The translations under genes and the position numbers were made by a program. A stretch of 63,972 nucleotides of DNA, filler included, from Reclinomonas americana ATCC 50394 (taxonomy: Eukaryota), in assembly GCA_048213135.1 (NCBI GenBank). It is 22 parts of 22 records of this genome, joined end to end, with 100 filler letters (N's around TTAATTAATTAA, not from the genome) between each part and the next. Parts side by side here need not be neighbours in the genome. Positions count along the whole stretch, not along the records: positions 59,699 to 61,556 come from AFZH01021743.1; positions 61,657 to 62,862 come from AFZH01021747.1; positions 62,963 to 63,972 come from AFZH01021863.1; 19 more parts are not named here. One strand, 5' to 3'. The notes beneath the pieces are model-generated. The model was not told the DNA's origin and searched no databases. It saw only the letters and a program-made list of their open reading frames with translations. Shown here piece by piece: positions 59,699 to 63,972 of the stretch (position 1 is the first letter of the stretch; every line of letters starts with the position of its first letter).

Positions 59699-60790
59699 TA
59701 CACGCAACAAGCAGTCTGTCCAGCACGATTCGGTCGTCAATGCTCAAATCCGCATTGAATGCATAGCGACCGCACTTGACGCGCTGCAAATACGCACTCC
59801 ATGAGACATCAACTATCAACACAACTGTTTCCCAAGCGACAACGTCGTACCTTGCTCGTCTTTGTTTCTCCACCATCATCACTTCCAACATCCTCCTGTG
59901 AACGCAGCGCATCAGCGCGTGACCGAGTCCACGAAGACACACCCAGTCTTCGTCATTCATGAACTGCTGATGCTCACCTTGGTGTTATCGTCTTCATGCT
60001 TGATGTCATCGTCGTCTTTCTTCACCACCATTTTCACATCGCCAGATTCTGCGTAATGCTGGTCAACACCGATGCAAGCAACAACAACAGCCACACGAAG
60101 TTGCAGACCTTTCGCATGGCACCACGTGACGGCGTGCGCAATCTCGGCCTCAGAGAGGTGGTTGTCTCGAAGCAAAGCAGCCATCAGACCATCGCACTCG
60201 CGCAGCGCATCCATGAACCGCTTGACAAACGGCAGTCGATGGTCTCTCTGGGTCCTGTTTGCTGGAGGCATTCTCTTCCACGATTTCTATCTCGAACAAG
60301 CCGAGAGAAAAACGTCAGTCGGCATGATCACAACCAACACAAGATCGAGTAACATAAGCACACCTCTGAATGCCCGCGCTCATCCACCACAATCAGTGGC
60401 CTCTCTACAGCATCCACCAGAGCCGCGCCACTGAGCTGGCTCACCTGCATTGTGCAATCATCTGCATGTTGGTTCAATATGCCACGGCCGTCACAACGCA
60501 CATGCTTGCTCACCTCGACGTACTTGCTCACGCTTCGGAGTACACCCTCAACTGATTTGGGTGTTTCATGGCGTGAGTGCATGGCAATTCCGCCGAGACT
60601 CTTGCCAAATGCACTCTTGACTGCAGAAGACGAGCAACCCCGCTCCGACAATGGAATTCTGCAGTCGTCACAGGCAACGTCGAAGAGAACACTCTGATGG
60701 TGGATGACTGCGGACCCATGAACAACGGGTGCCATCAGGCCAAACGCCTTCACCATAATCCTCTTCCGGTTGCATCGCTGTGAGTGATAC
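59699..60790 (-). CDS. Hypothetical multi-exon protein, Cys/His-rich, function unknown
   Basis: Successive minus-strand ORF segments (VACDDC...KHVRC...HADDC; RDHRLPFVKRFMDALREC; DEDWVCLRGLGHAL) separated by apparent short introns. No family recognised. Confidence 0.35.
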
Positions 60791-61656
60791 AAGAAGAATA
60801 ATGAGTGCGACGAGGAGAAGGAGGAGACTGAAGGGGTTGCAACGATGTCAGAGAGAGCATACACACGCAACAAGCAGCTTGTTCAGCAGCAGCTTCTCGT
60901 TTGCGCACTACTCCACTGGTTTCGCAGCTCGAGTCTTGCCGAGCTGTGAATTCACAACATGCGTCATTGACACACCAGAGAACCCAAATGCAGATCGATG
61001 AACAAGAATATGACAGTGACAAAGAATCCACACCTTCTTCTTCTTCGTTGGCGGTGCAAGCTCGTCGTCGCTGGGTGCATCCACCTGCAGTGAATGAACA
61101 ACACGTTAGGTGCCAACTGCCATGCACGATCGAGATGCAAGCGATGCGCATGCCTCATCGGAGTTCACCTCCAGAGATCGCTTGCGGGACGATGTCTCCA
61201 CTGAGTCACGTGCAGGCAAGTTCTCACTGTGATCAACCAGAGGCGAGTCGACTCGCTGTCTCCTTGCATGTTGCTGTGCAATCGTGCCAAGAGAGAGAAA
61301 AAGAGAGAGAGAGAGTTCAGTGAGAGACATGTTAATCTTGGGATGACACACAATCACTGAACCTCGACGACGCCTTCCATTGCTCCGTGTTCCACGTGCT
61401 CCTGGTGAGCAGCTGTGTGCATGTATCGCCCAGGTGAGACATCACGTGACGCGAGAACGCCAATGACTGCAGGAGAGAGAGAGAGACGCACCCCTCTCAG
61501 TGCTATTCTCCGCGTCACTTTGGGCAGCGGCAATGGCGGCCGTGCTCTCGTCGGCGNNNNNNNNNNNNNNNNNNNNNNNNNNNNNNNNNNNNNNNNNNNN
61601 TTAATTAATTAANNNNNNNNNNNNNNNNNNNNNNNNNNNNNNNNNNNNNNNNNNNN

Positions 61657-61703
<47 letters not shown>

Positions 61704-61759
61704 GGGAGAGAGAGAGAAAATAGACATTCGCAAACAGAAACCAACACAGACAGACGTGG

Positions 61760-62845
61760 AAGATTGAGAGAGTTGTAGACAGTGACCAACCCTTCTGGCG
61801 ATTGAAAATGAACGCCTTTGGCTCCGTATTCTGCATCAGGTTGGTGCGCGCCCCGTCTGTCGGCGGCAGGATTGTGTTGTCGTTGAACTTGTTGATTTGC
61901 GCATCTGTGCATCAAAAAGTGTTTGTAAGCAAGAGCGCCTTTCTCGAAGCACAATGGCGGAGCTGCTCCACCGACCAATGACAGTATCGTCGTCGGTGTC
62001 AATGTCGAAGATCATGATCACGGCGCCGGTTTTCAGGTTGTCGTTGTGGATCTGCAAGAAGGATTGTGAGGAGTGGAGCAAAAACCTGGGTCCAACATCG
62101 ATGGGAACGCAACGGCATGCTGACGAGCGCGCACACGAGCGAGCACGGTCTTGATGAAGGATGCAGCGGCGAGTGGCCGCTGACCACCATCTGCGCAATG
62201 AGACACGCAGGTGAGGATCGACAATGCAGTCAGGATGCACGACACTCTCATTCAGCTCACCAGTCTCGGAGCCAAACATAAAGTCAGAGAGGGCGCGGTT
62301 GTACTGCGTGCCGGCAATGTTGTACGGAACGCGAGTGGCCAGGCTACGAGTGAATTCCACCATGGAGATGGTGTTCAAGCGGAACCTACACCGCGAGGAT
62401 AGTAAGTCATCGTGTCGGCAGCGCACGGCAGAAGAGCGTCGTCACGCAACTTGAGGTGCACGATCTCGTCGGGGTATGCCGTGAGGAAGCGCATGACATC
62501 CTTCTTCACGTCGTTCCAGTTCTGACCACCAAAGCCACCGAGACCGACCGAAAAGTGCTCAAACAGCCACTCCTGATTCTTGGGTTTCAGACGCACATCA
62601 AACCAGCGCCAGCCAGCACACATTTCTGCGCAGTCTTGGGTGTGAGCGGGTGAGTTGAGAGAGGAAAGAGAGCAAAGAGACGCAACGCTGTACAATCTTG
62701 AGTGCGTGCGTGCGCGCTGAGCTGTCCTCGGCTGTGGTCTTGCCGGCCTTGGGCTTGATTGGAGGGTACAAGCCGGCGTCGTGGCTGCCGGGGATGATGA
62801 CCTCGTTCAGGCGCAGTTCCTTGAACGAGTGGCCGAGCTTGCCCT
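61760..62845 (-). CDS. PI-specific phospholipase C X-domain protein (PLCXD/bacterial-type PI-PLC), partial
   Basis: LRLNEVIIPGSHDAG, RTHALKIVQ|QMCAGWRWFDVR and FLTAYPDEIVHLK. Confidence 0.85.
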
Positions 62846-62962
62846 GCGGAGAGGGGAGGGAGNNNNNNNNNNNNNNNNNNNNNNNNNNNNNNNNNNNNNN
62901 NNNNNNTTAATTAATTAANNNNNNNNNNNNNNNNNNNNNNNNNNNNNNNNNNNNNNNNNNNN

Positions 62963-63420
62963 CCGGATGCCCGTCACGGCGCAGCATTCCGACAATATCC
63001 GGACGCAGTTGGGCATACCCGGACCCAAACGGTAGCCAATCTTGAGGGACGACGGAGTCGATCAACATGTCGTTGACGCCATTCGCAACCTGGTTGTTCT
63101 TGATTTCTTGTTCCAGTATTCGCAAAAGCTCGTCGTGCCTCTTGGTGTACCGTTTGTCCGCAGGGATTCCAGCCAGGACCGCCGGTGCATTCATTGGCAT
63201 GCCACCCTCGCCATTAGCACCATTGCCGAGACCGTGTTCTTGTGCAGGGCAAGAGTGAAGAACATGAAGGTTGCTCTCCGCTGTCGCACCACACAGTCGA
63301 CACTTCGTGTTGTTGACGAATTGTCGATAGAACTGCCCAAGCCTGGTAGCTGTCGGCAACCATGCATGTGGGAGACTCGTGGTACCCGTAGTCGATATCT
63401 GACTACCGTGCATGCCGCCG
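62963..63420 (-). mobile_element. Fragment of a restriction-like-endonuclease (R2/R4/NeSL/CRE-type) non-LTR retrotransposon
   Basis: LPT...CRLCG..ESNLHVLHSC zinc knuckle, then RHD and LRPDIV (start of the PD-(D/E)xK motif). No RT motifs upstream. Confidence 0.8.
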
Positions 63421-63972
63421 AAGGGCGCGGGGTGCAATCGAGAGCAGTGGCAAACTTCTCGCAGTGCTGCCTTTTCAGGTGTCGCAGTCGTCATGTCCAT
63501 TGTCGTGTTGCTTGTTGTTCCGGGTGGGGGACGCTGGCTTTTATTGATTTGCGTTCAACACGCGCGCAATGGCCGCCGCCGCGGATTCGAATTCAGAACG
63601 CACACGCCTGCTGCAGGACTCGCCGCGATCGCGATCGGTCGACATCGCGAGTGCACGAACGAGACCGCATGAATCAGACGATGACGGTGGCGGTGTCAAT
63701 AACGAAGGAGGCACTGAAGGTCCTTCTTCAGCGTCTTCGAATCTGGATGTGCGATCGCCACTGCTAGCGCCTGCATTGCATGGATCCGGAGCTGCAGCTG
63801 TCCACGGTACCGGTGCCGATCTTGTGCTTGCCTCAGCCGCAGCGCCAGCAGCAGGCGACCCTGCCCCAGCCCCCGCAGCAGCTGGCCATGACGCAGTCGA
63901 GCGCAAGAAGCGCCGCCACGCGGCCAATGGCTGCATCAACATCGTTGGCATGCTTATTGACAAGGCTCAAGC

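Noticed and set aside
1..63972. tRNA, rRNA or snRNA genes, and species identification
   Set aside because: None recognised by eye, and the sequence does not let me name the organism reliably.

Overview
This is eukaryotic, probably protist, genomic DNA with many short spliceosomal introns and CA/GA microsatellites. It is 22 contigs joined by artificial 100-nt spacers (44 N + TTAATTAATTAA + 44 N). At least some neighbouring contigs are in true scaffold order, because single genes (ALYREF, a KDZ transposase, a Fanzor-like gene) continue across spacers. Recognisable genes: WD40 fragments; a VPS9 + STB6-like protein; a TM-extracellular sensor-TM-HAMP segment followed by a GT48 beta-1,3-glucan synthase and then a CAP-Gly-containing tail (possibly one giant gene); a secreted protein with H-type lectin domains; a TPR protein; ALYREF; an intronless TauD-like dioxygenase fused to a PaaK-like adenylating enzyme; a cathepsin B-like protease; glutathione reductase; a very large intron-rich protein ending in a Fanzor/TnpB-type RuvC domain; a Zisupton/KDZ transposase; a PI-PLC X-domain protein; and an RLE-type non-LTR retroelement fragment. 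The most striking observations are the giant Fanzor-like gene, the possible sensor-glucan synthase-CAP-Gly fusion, recurrent shifted splice donors (GTTGCGY), and repeated X-rc(X)-X micro-triplications in a 61-bp minisatellite. All family calls come from motif recognition by eye, not database searches, and exon boundaries are approximate unless stated.
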